DNA of 64,000 bases, taken from NCBI GenBank assembly GCA_023898565.1, contig CP060228.1:156170-220169 (forward strand). Direction: 5' to 3'. The DNA comes from Candidatus Nomurabacteria bacterium (lineage in GTDB: Bacteria; Patescibacteriota; Minisyncoccia; Phycocordibacterales; UBA918). The notes beneath the pieces were generated by a model that made no database searches, was not told the origin of the DNA, and worked only from the letters and a program-made list of their open reading frames with translations. Position 1 is the first letter of the stretch. Each line of letters opens with the position of its first letter. This document shows, piece by piece, positions 28,712 to 38,030 of this stretch. The translations under genes were made by a program, and so were the position numbers.

Positions 28712-28900
28712 CTACTTTTTTTTCGAAGCTGTCTTCTTCTTTGCGGTCTTCTTTACTGCTTTCTTTGCAGTCTTCTTTACCGCTTTCTTGGTAGCTTTCT
28801 TTGCAGTCTTCTTTACTGCCTTCTTTGCTACCTTCTTAACAGCCTTCTTTGCAACTTTCTTAGCTGGCTTCTTAGCCACCTTTTTCTTTGCTGCTGGCAT
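28712..28900 (-). CDS. Lysine/alanine-repeat histone H1-like small basic protein
   Basis: MPAAKKKVAKKPAKKVAKKAVKKVAKKAVKKTAKKATKKAVKKTAKKAVKKTAKKKTASKKK is encoded by imperfect 21-nt tandem repeats. The track ORF starts earlier at a TTG at 28966, and neither candidate start has an SD. The FFAVFF ORF on the + strand is its mirror image. Confidence 0.5.
   Translation of the reverse strand: MPAAKKKVAKKPAKKVAKKAVKKVAKKAVKKTAKKATKKAVKKTAKKAVKKTAKKKTASKKK
28730..28880. repeat. Imperfect 21-nt (7-codon AKKAVKK) tandem repeats inside the lysine-rich gene
   Basis: Units of the form ctttctttgcagtcttctttac recur with substitutions about 7-8 times. Confidence 0.6.
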
Positions 28901-29047
28901 AGCGTGATGAGAGATACTTGTATGAATAAAGTTCGACCGCAAGACCTTCTCATTTTCAAAGAACAAACCAGGAGAAGATTTTTGCTTACAAATATTATGG
29001 CGCGTTATTAATCGTTACACAATTTTTTTTACAACCATTTTGGGGAT

Positions 29048-29085
29048 AAAAAAATTTCTTTAAAAATTTTTTAAAGAAATTTTTT
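29048..29085. promoter_or_regulatory. 38-bp AT-only near-perfect palindrome at the murB stop
   Basis: aaaaaatttcttttaaaaa | ttttttaaagaaattttta, with the dyad centre near 29066/29067. It lies between the murB 3' end and the lysine-rich gene. Confidence 0.3.
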
Positions 29086-30202
29086 ACCCGTATTTTTTCT
29101 CGCGATCATTACTCAAAACAAAATGTACCTCTGGCTCAATCGTAATTCCAAACGTACTCTCAACTGAGCGTATAATTAAGGTGACAAAATCGAGCACATC
29201 GCTTGCTGTTGCACCGACTTCTGTCACCACTGAGAGTGAATGCCTAGGTGAAATGCCGACCACTCCTCTATATCGCTTCTCACCATACGTGCGCTTGTTG
29301 TATGCGCTACACTCAAGCAAAAACGCAGTAGAAATTTTTTCTTCTGCTTCAGAAACCTCCCAGTGCCAGGGAGACATTTTTTCATCAAGTTCAGAAAACG
29401 TTTCATGCACCACCGACTGAATTTCAGCAAACTGTTTTTTACTCACGATTGTGTTTTTGAAAAACGATCCCGCTGAGCGAAACTGTCCCGCGAGCATGCC
29501 AATGTTGCTGCGCACATGCAGAATCGCTGCACGGATATCTGCCAAGCCAGGCTCAGCAACACCTTGTTCCTCTAGATATCGCGCAATGCTTTGTGACGAA
29601 CTACGATACTGGAGATTTACTACCGCAGCTTTTGTCAGCAAAAACACCACTTCCAACACCACCAAATCAGCTCCCGCCGCATGTTTGAAAGTACTATCTC
29701 GATACCCAAACGCGCACTCCGCAGCGGTTAGTACTCGTTCAACTCCGGCCTGCACATCGTACACGCGCACCGCCTCAATCACATCAGCTACCTGTGCTCC
29801 GTACGCATTGATGTTCTGAATTGGTGCGGCACCGACAGTGCCCGGTATTCCTGAGAGATTTTCGAGACCTGACAAATCTCGCTCAACTGTTGCTGCTACA
29901 AAAGCGTCCCACGGCTCTCCAGCAGCAGCGGTGACGCGCACTATAGCGTCATCAGCGGTCGCCTCAAACGAAACTCCAGTAAGCTCATTTTTAATCACGA
30001 GTCGACCAATCACTCCATCATCGATAAGCACATTTGACCCTCCCCCAAGCACCCATATGGGCACTTTGTGCTCTTGTGCAAAAGCTGACAGTTCCGGCAA
30101 AACTTGTTCATCAGTGAGTCGATGAAAATACGCAGCAACACCACCTACATGTAAGGTGGTGTGCACATCCAACGGAATATTTTCTTCTACTCGTACTGTC
30201 AT
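29084..30202 (-). CDS. murB: UDP-N-acetylenolpyruvoylglucosamine reductase
   Basis: The start was set at MTVRVEENIPLDVHTTLHVGGVAAYF (ATG whose complement is cat at 30200-30202), which avoids overlap with the upstream gene. It has an FAD-binding domain (LGGGSNVLIDDG) and a MurB C-terminal domain (ECAFGYRDSTFK). Confidence 0.85.
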   Translation of the reverse strand: MTVRVEENIPLDVHTTLHVGGVAAYFHRLTDEQVLPELSAFAQEHKVPIWVLGGGSNVLIDDGVIGRLVIKNELTGVSFEATADDAIVRVTAAAGEPWDAFVAATVERDLSGLENLSGIPGTVGAAPIQNINAYGAQVADVIEAVRVYDVQAGVERVLTAAECAFGYRDSTFKHAAGADLVVLEVVFLLTKAAVVNLQYRSSSQSIARYLEEQGVAEPGLADIRAAILHVRSNIGMLAGQFRSAGSFFKNTIVSKKQFAEIQSVVHETFSELDEKMSPWHWEVSEAEEKISTAFLLECSAYNKRTYGEKRYRGVVGISPRHSLSVVTEVGATASDVLDFVTLIIRSVESTFGITIEPEVHFVLSNDREKKYG

Positions 30203-30206
30203 AGTA

Positions 30207-32429
30207 CTAACAACCCTCCTGCGGATCGTTACCGTTCTCAATGTTGCCAATGAAACAGTTGGCAGTGGTCTCGAAATCTGGCAACGCCTCCTTTGCCTCT
30301 TCTAGCACAGTAATTGCCTGCTCCGGCTCACTATTTTGGTAGTAGAGATACGCGAGTGTGGCCCATGTCTGTGGCTCTTCAGCCCACTTCTGTGCACCAT
30401 CTGGCGCAGCCTGGGTGCGATACTCGAAGAGTTTAATTGCAATGTCGTACTGCCCAAACTGATTGGCGGCGCTGATGAGGAAGTCGCTCGCTGCCAAGCG
30501 ACGCATAATTGCGTCATCGGTGATTCGATCATCAGCACTTATCATAAGTAATCGCGCTTCATCTGGCTTTTGCGCATACAAAAGTCCCGCTGCGTAATAC
30601 TCACGTGCCTCAAGATTGCGCACGTCGAGTTCAAAGGCGGTCTTAAAGTATTCGAGCGCCTCGTCATTCTTTCCTTCTGAGAGCGCCACAAAACCTTGCT
30701 GCTCAATAATGGCCTGCTTTAGCGGTGAGTATTCACGCGCGAGTGCCATATGCTCAGCTGCTCTCTCAAGATTACCAATCGCGCGATAGTAACTTCCCAC
30801 AAACACATGCACGCGCGCGTCACCAGGCTTTTCCGACACTAAGCGACTCAGTTGTTCTTCAGTGTAGGACTGATACTCGGCCCGTACCGCTTCAGGAATC
30901 TTTGTGTCACGCACCACACTCATAGTTTGCTGAGCCAATTGTTCAGTAATCTCTTGATGAGCAAATGATTCGCGACCAATCGCCTGCTTAAAGTATCCGA
31001 GTCGCTCAGCCGGATCTGCCGCACGAAAAGCCAAAATAATATCACCTGCCGCATGCATACCCGGCACATGCGCAAAGTAAATCACCGCCACCACAAGCAC
31101 GGCCATGACCGGCGCAGCAAATTGTTCAATGATTGACTTGTCTACCTTCCACTCCGCTACAGCCTTTGGCACGAGTCCAACTCGTGAATTAATCAAACCA
31201 AGAATAATTGCAAAGAAGATGTAGCTGACAATATTGTCAAACACTACGAGATTGTGGGTGAAGTACCCGGCCAAGATACCAAGGAGCACCCCACGCTCCA
31301 TCGCATTAAACGCATGATCCTCCTTGTCGATAAGTGGACGAACAAGCAGGTACCACACGCACCACCCAAAGATGCTGAGATACACCACCAAACCAAGGAT
31401 GCCGCCGGTCACCAGCCAATCCATGAAAATGTTGTGCGATCGATCAAACCACTGCTCTTGACCGTACAGTCGTGGATCATAGTATTTGTTAAAGACGTAA
31501 TTGAAGTTGCTCTGGCCATACCCAAGGACTGGACTTTCTTTCACCCCTTCCCAAGCAGTACCCCAAATGATAGTTCTGATTTCCAAGTCGCCCAGAGAAA
31601 TATTGGCGATACGTGCCAAGTTTGGGCTATTCTGCACAAATGCGGTATCACGAGCCGCAATAAACGTACCAACGCCAAGTAGTAGCACCACAAATGCACC
31701 GATGGCATACTTGCGATACTGCACAAACTGCTTGCCGAAGAGACCAATGTACGCTGCCATCACCATGATGCCAACCGCCAAACCAATTGCCGTACCACGA
31801 GTACCGGTCTCGATGAGCACAAAGGTAAACATGGCAGCCAGCACGCCATAGAGCACTTTATGGAACGTGACACGCGTCTCTACAAAGAGCCAAAACGCTA
31901 CGAAAATATGGAAGAGCATGTACACCGCCATGTATGCGGCATTACCCAAACGGCTATCGATACGACTGCTGCCATCGACAAATCCACCATACTGCGCCAA
32001 GCCATAAAACGCTACTGCAAACGCCACGAAGAGTGAGGTGTTGAGCAGTCGCTGCCAATGCTCTTTCGTTTGCAGCACACTTCCTGCCACCAGCATGTAC
32101 AAGAATGTGTGCACAAGCGATACGTAGCCATCCATACGCTCGAAGTTGCTCCAGAAGCTTACATTGCGATTGAGACCCCACCAGTCGGCCGCAAACATCA
32201 CCACCAAAAGCGCACCAAAGCTCCAGACAATACCCGAAACTTTCGGCCGATACTTTACTTCATACAACGCGAGAATTGCCCACGCCGCGAATGTTACATC
32301 GACAATAATGCGAAACCAAAAATTCTTACCAGTAATGTACGGGAAGAAGTAATCATTCTCCACGTACAAGGTCAAAAACGGCACGGCAAAAATACCTGCG
32401 TAGACCAACCATTTCATTACGTCTTTCAT
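30207..32429 (-). CDS. O-antigen ligase (Wzy_C) family polytopic membrane protein with C-terminal TPR repeats
   Basis: It has about 12 TM helices with a Wzy_C-like core (GTRGTAIGLAVGIMVMAAYIGLFG). The soluble C-terminal portion has TPR-like repeats (LERAAEHMALAREYSP..., EALEYFKTAFELDVRN...). Confidence 0.65.
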   Translation of the reverse strand: MKDVMKWLVYAGIFAVPFLTLYVENDYFFPYITGKNFWFRIIVDVTFAAWAILALYEVKYRPKVSGIVWSFGALLVVMFAADWWGLNRNVSFWSNFERMDGYVSLVHTFLYMLVAGSVLQTKEHWQRLLNTSLFVAFAVAFYGLAQYGGFVDGSSRIDSRLGNAAYMAVYMLFHIFVAFWLFVETRVTFHKVLYGVLAAMFTFVLIETGTRGTAIGLAVGIMVMAAYIGLFGKQFVQYRKYAIGAFVVLLLGVGTFIAARDTAFVQNSPNLARIANISLGDLEIRTIIWGTAWEGVKESPVLGYGQSNFNYVFNKYYDPRLYGQEQWFDRSHNIFMDWLVTGGILGLVVYLSIFGWCVWYLLVRPLIDKEDHAFNAMERGVLLGILAGYFTHNLVVFDNIVSYIFFAIILGLINSRVGLVPKAVAEWKVDKSIIEQFAAPVMAVLVVAVIYFAHVPGMHAAGDIILAFRAADPAERLGYFKQAIGRESFAHQEITEQLAQQTMSVVRDTKIPEAVRAEYQSYTEEQLSRLVSEKPGDARVHVFVGSYYRAIGNLERAAEHMALAREYSPLKQAIIEQQGFVALSEGKNDEALEYFKTAFELDVRNLEAREYYAAGLLYAQKPDEARLLMISADDRITDDAIMRRLAASDFLISAANQFGQYDIAIKLFEYRTQAAPDGAQKWAEEPQTWATLAYLYYQNSEPEQAITVLEEAKEALPDFETTANCFIGNIENGNDPQEGC

Positions 32430-32934
32430 ATGGGTGAAACTATACCACGTACGCCCGATAAGCTCCGACTAGACGAGGCCGAGATTTGGAGGTGTAGGCT
32501 ATACACAGAAAGACTGGTGGGCGCTTCACTACAAGAGTACTTCAATTTTCATAGTCGCTTCGCTTCTTGAAAATTTAGTCGCACGACCCACCGGTTTTAT
32601 CCTCTACCGTTTCTCTCCCTTTCTTTTCCCTTCTTTCTCGCGCAGCTCTTTGTGTCCACTGTCACCATTTCTCAATTGCTCTTGCAAGACATAAACTGCA
32701 GTCACTTTGCACATTTTTACGAGAAACAACACATCAAACTTAAAGAGACATCTTTAAAGGTTCTACTTATGGTTAACAATGTACTTAATTACTAATTAGC
32801 TGCTAATATTAACCTATGAGAAAGATGCAAAATTTTGGTTACACTATTTTGTAACTAATTACAAAGTATAACTGTTAGACACTAGATGTGGTCATACAGA
32901 ATTTGTAACATCGAATTCATTCTTCAGGAAAATT

Positions 32935-34161
32935 ATGATTGAAAAACTCTTAAATTTGATAAGGTCTCATCGGCATCATCTCACAAACGGTGGATTTTTA
33001 GCCTACTCCAATCTAATCACCTCAATCACAAGCTTCGGCATTGTCTATATATTTGCTAATTTTATACCGCAAGAAACTTTCGGTACATATAAATATGTTC
33101 TGTCGATTGCAAGCATTCTGTCCATTTTTACACTTCAAGGAATGAATACTGCGGTCGCGCAGTCAGTGAGTCGCGGCTACGAAAACGCTCTCAAAGAAGG
33201 TATCCGCACCAAAATGTTATTCGGAAGCATTGGAACAGCTATTGGTTTGACTATAAGTGCATACTACTTTCTTCAAGAGAACACCATACTGGGAAGCTCT
33301 TTTTTAGTCACCGCTCTTGCAATACCTTTTTTTGGCACCTTTAACTTATACCGATCATACCTCAACGGGAAGAAAGAATATAAAGCAATCGCTCGCGAAA
33401 CTACATTGTACAATATAGCTTTTTTTCTATTGTTCTCTGCCGTACTGCTCCTAACCAATAACATTGTCGTTATACTACTTGGTTACTTTTTATTTTCCGT
33501 TCTGCTGCAACTATATATCTACCTTAAAATTTCACGAACACTCCGCAACACCCAACAAACAACTGACCCTGAGATTGTCGGGTACGCAAAACACCTATCG
33601 CTACTCAAAGGACTTACCGTTGCCTCTGGCTCCATTGGCACCATAGCTCTTTGGCAAATCCTGGGCCCTCTTGCCCTCCCTGTATACACACTGGCACTCG
33701 CACCGATTGAACAAGTCCGGCCAATGCTTCAGCTAACTGAAAACCTACTCATGCCAAACATGGCTCAAAAAACATGGAGAACCTACTCCATTGGATGGTT
33801 TTTTAAAAAATCTGCAACTTTTCTTCTCATAATCTTGCTTCTTGTGGCCATTTACATTGGCTTAGCGCCACTTATCTATGAGCTATTCTTCCCAAATTAT
33901 GCAGAATCTGTCTTTCTTTCACAGGTGTTTTCAGTAAGCCTTCTGTTCACAGGCATCAACATCATCCTGATGACTATAATGAAATCAAAAAAACAAATCC
34001 GTAATCTCTATCTAAGTAACGGCATTCTTATTTTCTTTGACCTTTTGACGATACCCGCTATCTATTTCTTCGGCATTTTAGGACTTGTAGTTAATGTACT
34101 ACTCGGAAAAGCTTTTCTGACACTCGTTAGTTTATTCTTGATATTCAAACGAACTCGCTAA
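32935..34161 (+). CDS. Wzx-like oligosaccharide flippase (MOP/polysaccharide biosynthesis protein family)
   Basis: At 408 aa it has about 12 TM helices and an N-terminus typical of Polysacc_synt proteins (GFLAYSNLITSITSFGIVYIFANFIPQETFGTYKYVLS). It is the first gene of the AT-rich island. Confidence 0.7.
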   Translation: MIEKLLNLIRSHRHHLTNGGFLAYSNLITSITSFGIVYIFANFIPQETFGTYKYVLSIASILSIFTLQGMNTAVAQSVSRGYENALKEGIRTKMLFGSIGTAIGLTISAYYFLQENTILGSSFLVTALAIPFFGTFNLYRSYLNGKKEYKAIARETTLYNIAFFLLFSAVLLLTNNIVVILLGYFLFSVLLQLYIYLKISRTLRNTQQTTDPEIVGYAKHLSLLKGLTVASGSIGTIALWQILGPLALPVYTLALAPIEQVRPMLQLTENLLMPNMAQKTWRTYSIGWFFKKSATFLLIILLLVAIYIGLAPLIYELFFPNYAESVFLSQVFSVSLLFTGINIILMTIMKSKKQIRNLYLSNGILIFFDLLTIPAIYFFGILGLVVNVLLGKAFLTLVSLFLIFKRTR

Positions 34162-34166
34162 AATTC

Positions 34167-34934
34167 CTATTGCATAGGTTTCGTGGCCACAGAGATTACT
34201 CGACGACCTTTGTTATTTTCACACTTATTAAAATACTTAGGCCAGATACTAAGATTGTAATGACTAGAAAGCTTTTTAAGTGTCCAGATTTTATTGTCAA
34301 TCAACTTATCATAAATCTTAAGTGGATGAAAACCCATTTTGTCCTGCCCCACCACTTCTTTAACATCAAAAAAGGGACTTAGTGTGTCGGTCAGCTTTTG
34401 TGCTGAAAAATGCTGGTAATGCTTCGGTCCAGGAGGCAGCGCATCTGATGGAACAGTTACAATAAACTCACCTCCCGGCTTCAACATCCTGCTCACCTCT
34501 TTTAAGAGAGACGGTATTTCATCAGGGATGATATGTTCTAACGTTTCAATCATGAAAATAACATCAAAATAGTTACTCTCGCACGTAACTTCATTAGCAA
34601 TATTTTTAGATGAAAATGTAACATTAGGCAAAAGTAGTTTTGCAAACGATATTGCCCTCTCTGAATAATCTATACCATAAAGACTGTGTTGATATCGATC
34701 TTCTAATTCTTTTAAGAAACGTGCATCACCACACCCTAAATCAAGAATTTTCAAAGTACGAGATTCTTTCATTAAAGATGACTGTCTTATTGCAAGGTCA
34801 AGATAACCAAAGTACAAGCGACCCGAAGAAGTGGAACTTTTCTTACACCAGTGATATGGATAACTGTACTCATCTTCCTGTATTTGCTGCTCTAATGTTA
34901 AATCTTTTTTTGTCATATTTACGAAGTTTAGCAT
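34167..34934 (-). CDS. Class I SAM-dependent methyltransferase
   Basis: It has motif I ILDLGCGDARFLKEL and post-I motifs (FDVIFMIETLEHI, LKPGG). Confidence 0.7.
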   Translation of the reverse strand: MLNFVNMTKKDLTLEQQIQEDEYSYPYHWCKKSSTSSGRLYFGYLDLAIRQSSLMKESRTLKILDLGCGDARFLKELEDRYQHSLYGIDYSERAISFAKLLLPNVTFSSKNIANEVTCESNYFDVIFMIETLEHIIPDEIPSLLKEVSRMLKPGGEFIVTVPSDALPPGPKHYQHFSAQKLTDTLSPFFDVKEVVGQDKMGFHPLKIYDKLIDNKIWTLKKLSSHYNLSIWPKYFNKCENNKGRRVISVATKPMQ

Positions 34935-34937
34935 AGC

Positions 34938-35864
34938 TTAAACACGCAATGCTTTTTTATCGGCAATAAATCTCATTATTTTTGAAGAAAAAGGAAGTAC
35001 TGAAAAAGCAAAAAACAAAAAATATCTACCTCTCCATGAGTACAGAAACGCCTGCCAGGCGTTCCAAAGAGCCCTTCTTTTATTGCCGCCAAGAAGCAGA
35101 CCAACAGCAGCACCATATGCATGACCCGCATACTTATCGCGTGCATCTGCAACCAGATACAGATACCTATGTTTTAATAGGAAAGCGTCTAGAACGGGAC
35201 CCCTTTCAATTGAGAGCGCAACGTTCATCTTTTTCCTCTGAATTGTAAGCGACATTGAGTCTGACTCTAAAAATACTTCACCACAGGTTTCATTAATGTA
35301 GGCAATGTTGCTTCCAGATTTTTCCAATATTTCAATATAAAACATGAAGTCAATTCCTCTGGAACGAAACCGCACGTCATCTATCAAATTTCTTTTAACT
35401 GCAATAATTTCAGCATCTTGAGGCCTTCGTCCCCCAACCCAATCATATTTTGTTAAAAGACCCGTTTGACAACGCGGGAGCATTTGCGGCTCTCCATCAT
35501 TACGATAGAAAACAGTACTTGCACAAACGACCCCAACCTCAAATTTTTGGAAACCACTTAACAAAACCTCGAGAGCATTAGGCAGTAACAAGTCATCACT
35601 GTCCCATATAATTAAAGCATCTCCAGTCGCATGTTCTATGCCCGTATTCCTAGCAACTGTCGCAGCTCCGTAGTTTCTATTTAATTTGATGTATTTAATG
35701 CGCTGATCTTTAAATCTACCCATCACTTTCTGAGTATCATCCGTAGAACCATCATCTACAACCAGAAGTTCAAATTTTTGATATTTTTGGCTAAGAACAC
35801 TTTCAACACACTTTTGCAAAACCTTAGACCGATTGTAAGTAGCAACAATGATACTAAATTTCAT
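34938..35864 (-). CDS. Family 2 glycosyltransferase
   Basis: FSIIVATYNRSKVLQKCVESVLSQKYQKFELLVVDDGSTDDT is the GT-A N-terminus, and a DxD-like IWDSDD is present. Confidence 0.8.
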   Translation of the reverse strand: MKFSIIVATYNRSKVLQKCVESVLSQKYQKFELLVVDDGSTDDTQKVMGRFKDQRIKYIKLNRNYGAATVARNTGIEHATGDALIIWDSDDLLLPNALEVLLSGFQKFEVGVVCASTVFYRNDGEPQMLPRCQTGLLTKYDWVGGRRPQDAEIIAVKRNLIDDVRFRSRGIDFMFYIEILEKSGSNIAYINETCGEVFLESDSMSLTIQRKKMNVALSIERGPVLDAFLLKHRYLYLVADARDKYAGHAYGAAVGLLLGGNKRRALWNAWQAFLYSWRGRYFLFFAFSVLPFSSKIMRFIADKKALRV

Positions 35865-36595
35865 AAGCCAATATTTTTCCGTACTGATTTTAGTACACTC
35901 AAGAATCTGGTATGTCTCTCATAGAGATACTCGTCAACGATATCGCCACCAAAACCCAACTTAAATCTGTTAATCCCAGATTTTGACTCGTCGGTCATAT
36001 TAATGTATGCCAAATCTACATATTCAAATCCTCTTGCCCCGCCAAAGCAGCAAACTTCGTATATCAGCCTCTTACTTATATAGCCAATATCTTTCTGAGA
36101 AACGTTTTCATCATGCTTTCTTGATGAAAAAATTGAAATGACCTTTAAAACAGGATTAGCATCAATAAGATAAATGCCGGAAACCACCTTCCCGTTACAG
36201 CAACCAAGCGCCCAAATACCGTTTGCATTCCTTCTCTTGAGAGACGGGCGATTGCTTTCTTTTTCAAATACATCATACAAAGAGTAACCTTCCTCAGAAA
36301 AACCCTTAACTAGCTTAAACGAATAATTTTCTTTGTATGTTTTACGAATTTCGTTTCTATAATTCTTTTTAAATGAGAGTAAAATATCCTCGTCCGTCTT
36401 ACTTGTCAAAAAAATTCTTGTTGTTTTTTTAACTCGACTCAGTTTGAAATCGTCCGGCAAATTCATCGGAAGATAGGAATATACCCTCGCAGAGTGAAAT
36501 GAGTATTTTCTTATAACATCTAAAACAACGTTTTCACTTTCGTAATAAATCTCACACACTCTTATTAAATTGTAAACTGTTTTTTTTCTAATCAT
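35861..36595 (-). CDS. Hypothetical protein, possibly a FemAB/GNAT-like (Acetyltransf_6-like) acyltransferase
   Basis: The C-terminal region ...LIYEVCCFGGARGFEYVDLAYI... weakly resembles the BioF2/FemAB-like acetyltransferase fold. The gene is embedded in the glycan cluster. Confidence 0.3.
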   Translation of the reverse strand: MIRKKTVYNLIRVCEIYYESENVVLDVIRKYSFHSARVYSYLPMNLPDDFKLSRVKKTTRIFLTSKTDEDILLSFKKNYRNEIRKTYKENYSFKLVKGFSEEGYSLYDVFEKESNRPSLKRRNANGIWALGCCNGKVVSGIYLIDANPVLKVISIFSSRKHDENVSQKDIGYISKRLIYEVCCFGGARGFEYVDLAYINMTDESKSGINRFKLGFGGDIVDEYLYERHTRFLSVLKSVRKNIGL

Positions 36596-37257
36596 TTCTT
36601 GTTACGACAAACGAAATAGGTCGTCTTACTGAACCACGGGAAGAATCTGTAAATCTTATCTTTCCAATTTAAATTATCTTCTTTTGCCAATGAAATCTTA
36701 TGAATAATTTCTATATCCCTGAAATATTTTTTAAGTTTAAAAAAATCTGACGGGCTTGTTCTGTATGTTTTAAGTTCATGATAATAATCAAATCTACCAG
36801 AAAAAAAACGGTGCAACTTTTTTAAATATAAACGATTATGAGAACTAAAAATAAATACACCGTCTCTTTTTAATACACGCGCAGCTTCTGACACGGCAGA
36901 ATAGATATCTGGTTCAACATAATCAATGCCGTGAAAAGGAAAAAAAATTGTGTCAAACGTATCATCTTCAAATGCTAGTCGACTAGCATCCATCTCAAAT
37001 ACTTTTACTTGATATCCTGCCATTCTTTTTTTTGACTGGTCAACCATTTCAGGAACAATGTCAACTCCTGTAACACAGAATCCTAAATCATGCAGTGGCT
37101 TCAGAGTTCTCCCTCCACCACACCCAAGCACTAACACATTATCTCTTTTAAAGTGTTTCTTTGCTAAAATTTCCTCATCGTGCCCCCAATAATTTACTTC
37201 ACCATATTGACTGGCTTGGTGTGCATATACTTTCTTATTCTGTTCAGATATGCTCAT
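36592..37257 (-). CDS. Class I SAM-dependent methyltransferase
   Basis: Motif I is NVLVLGCGGGRTLKPLHDLGFCVTGVDIVPEMV, and LKRDGVF is also present. Confidence 0.7.
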   Translation of the reverse strand: MSISEQNKKVYAHQASQYGEVNYWGHDEEILAKKHFKRDNVLVLGCGGGRTLKPLHDLGFCVTGVDIVPEMVDQSKKRMAGYQVKVFEMDASRLAFEDDTFDTIFFPFHGIDYVEPDIYSAVSEAARVLKRDGVFIFSSHNRLYLKKLHRFFSGRFDYYHELKTYRTSPSDFFKLKKYFRDIEIIHKISLAKEDNLNWKDKIYRFFPWFSKTTYFVCRNKK

Positions 37258-38018
37258 CTCTTTAGCAAAAATTTAAATTTTTCAAAAGTCGTCCACGAAT
37301 ATACTCCTTTTCTGTTCAAATGTAACATATTCGAATTATCAACAGTAACTCTACCCGGCCTTGTGCCAAAAGCAACATCATAGTATTTCGCAACTTCAGC
37401 CTCTATACGCTCGCTCCTTTTACCTTTCGGGTAGGCAAAATACCTACAGTCTATGTTCAACTTACTATTGAGAGTTTCCCTGCTTTCTTTAAGCTCTAAC
37501 GAAAGAAGATCTAGATTGGTCACGTCTGGTAAAACAAGGTGTGATTTGGTATGTGAGCCAATAGTTACAAGTGGGTGAGCGGCAAGATTTATTAAGTGAG
37601 ACCAGTTCAAGAGAGGCAACGCTCCATCCACATTGTTCATGCTTCGACCCACAAAATCGGTTGGTACAAAAATCGTTGCTGGTATTTCATATTTTTCAAG
37701 CACCGGTAAAGCATTTTCAATAAAATCAGAGTACGCGTCATCAAAAGTTATAGCGACTGTTTTTAGGGGGATTTTTCTCTTTTTTTTCAACATCACAACA
37801 AGTTCCGGCAGTGACACAACATTCCATTTTTTATTCTTAATATACTTAAGTTGTCTTTCAAAGACTTTCTTACTCACAGTGAACGAAAAACCATTATCTC
37901 CAACTGAATGATACGTAAGAACTACAGCTCCAGACTTAGTCGGCAATAGCGCTGCTGCCATAAACCAATAGATTGATTTCCCAATGTTTAGAATCGCCTG
38001 TAAAAGTTTTATATTCAT
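37254..38018 (-). CDS. Polysaccharide deacetylase (NodB homology, CE4)
   Basis: KTVAITFDDAYSDFIENALPVLEKYEIPATIFVPT is the NodB motif 1/2 region, followed by a His-containing motif (GSHTKSH). Confidence 0.75.
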   Translation of the reverse strand: MNIKLLQAILNIGKSIYWFMAAALLPTKSGAVVLTYHSVGDNGFSFTVSKKVFERQLKYIKNKKWNVVSLPELVVMLKKKRKIPLKTVAITFDDAYSDFIENALPVLEKYEIPATIFVPTDFVGRSMNNVDGALPLLNWSHLINLAAHPLVTIGSHTKSHLVLPDVTNLDLLSLELKESRETLNSKLNIDCRYFAYPKGKRSERIEAEVAKYYDVAFGTRPGRVTVDNSNMLHLNRKGVYSWTTFEKFKFLLKR

Positions 38019-38030
38019 AGTAATGACTAA

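Noticed and set aside
28730-28880. Possible CRISPR array
   Set aside because: The short repeats are contiguous with no spacers and are in-frame coding repeats. No cas genes are present.
28689-28907. + strand ORF encoding FFAVFFTAFF repeats
   Set aside because: It is the reverse complement of the lysine-repeat gene. The KKAVKK reading is biologically sensible and the Phe-repeat reading is not.
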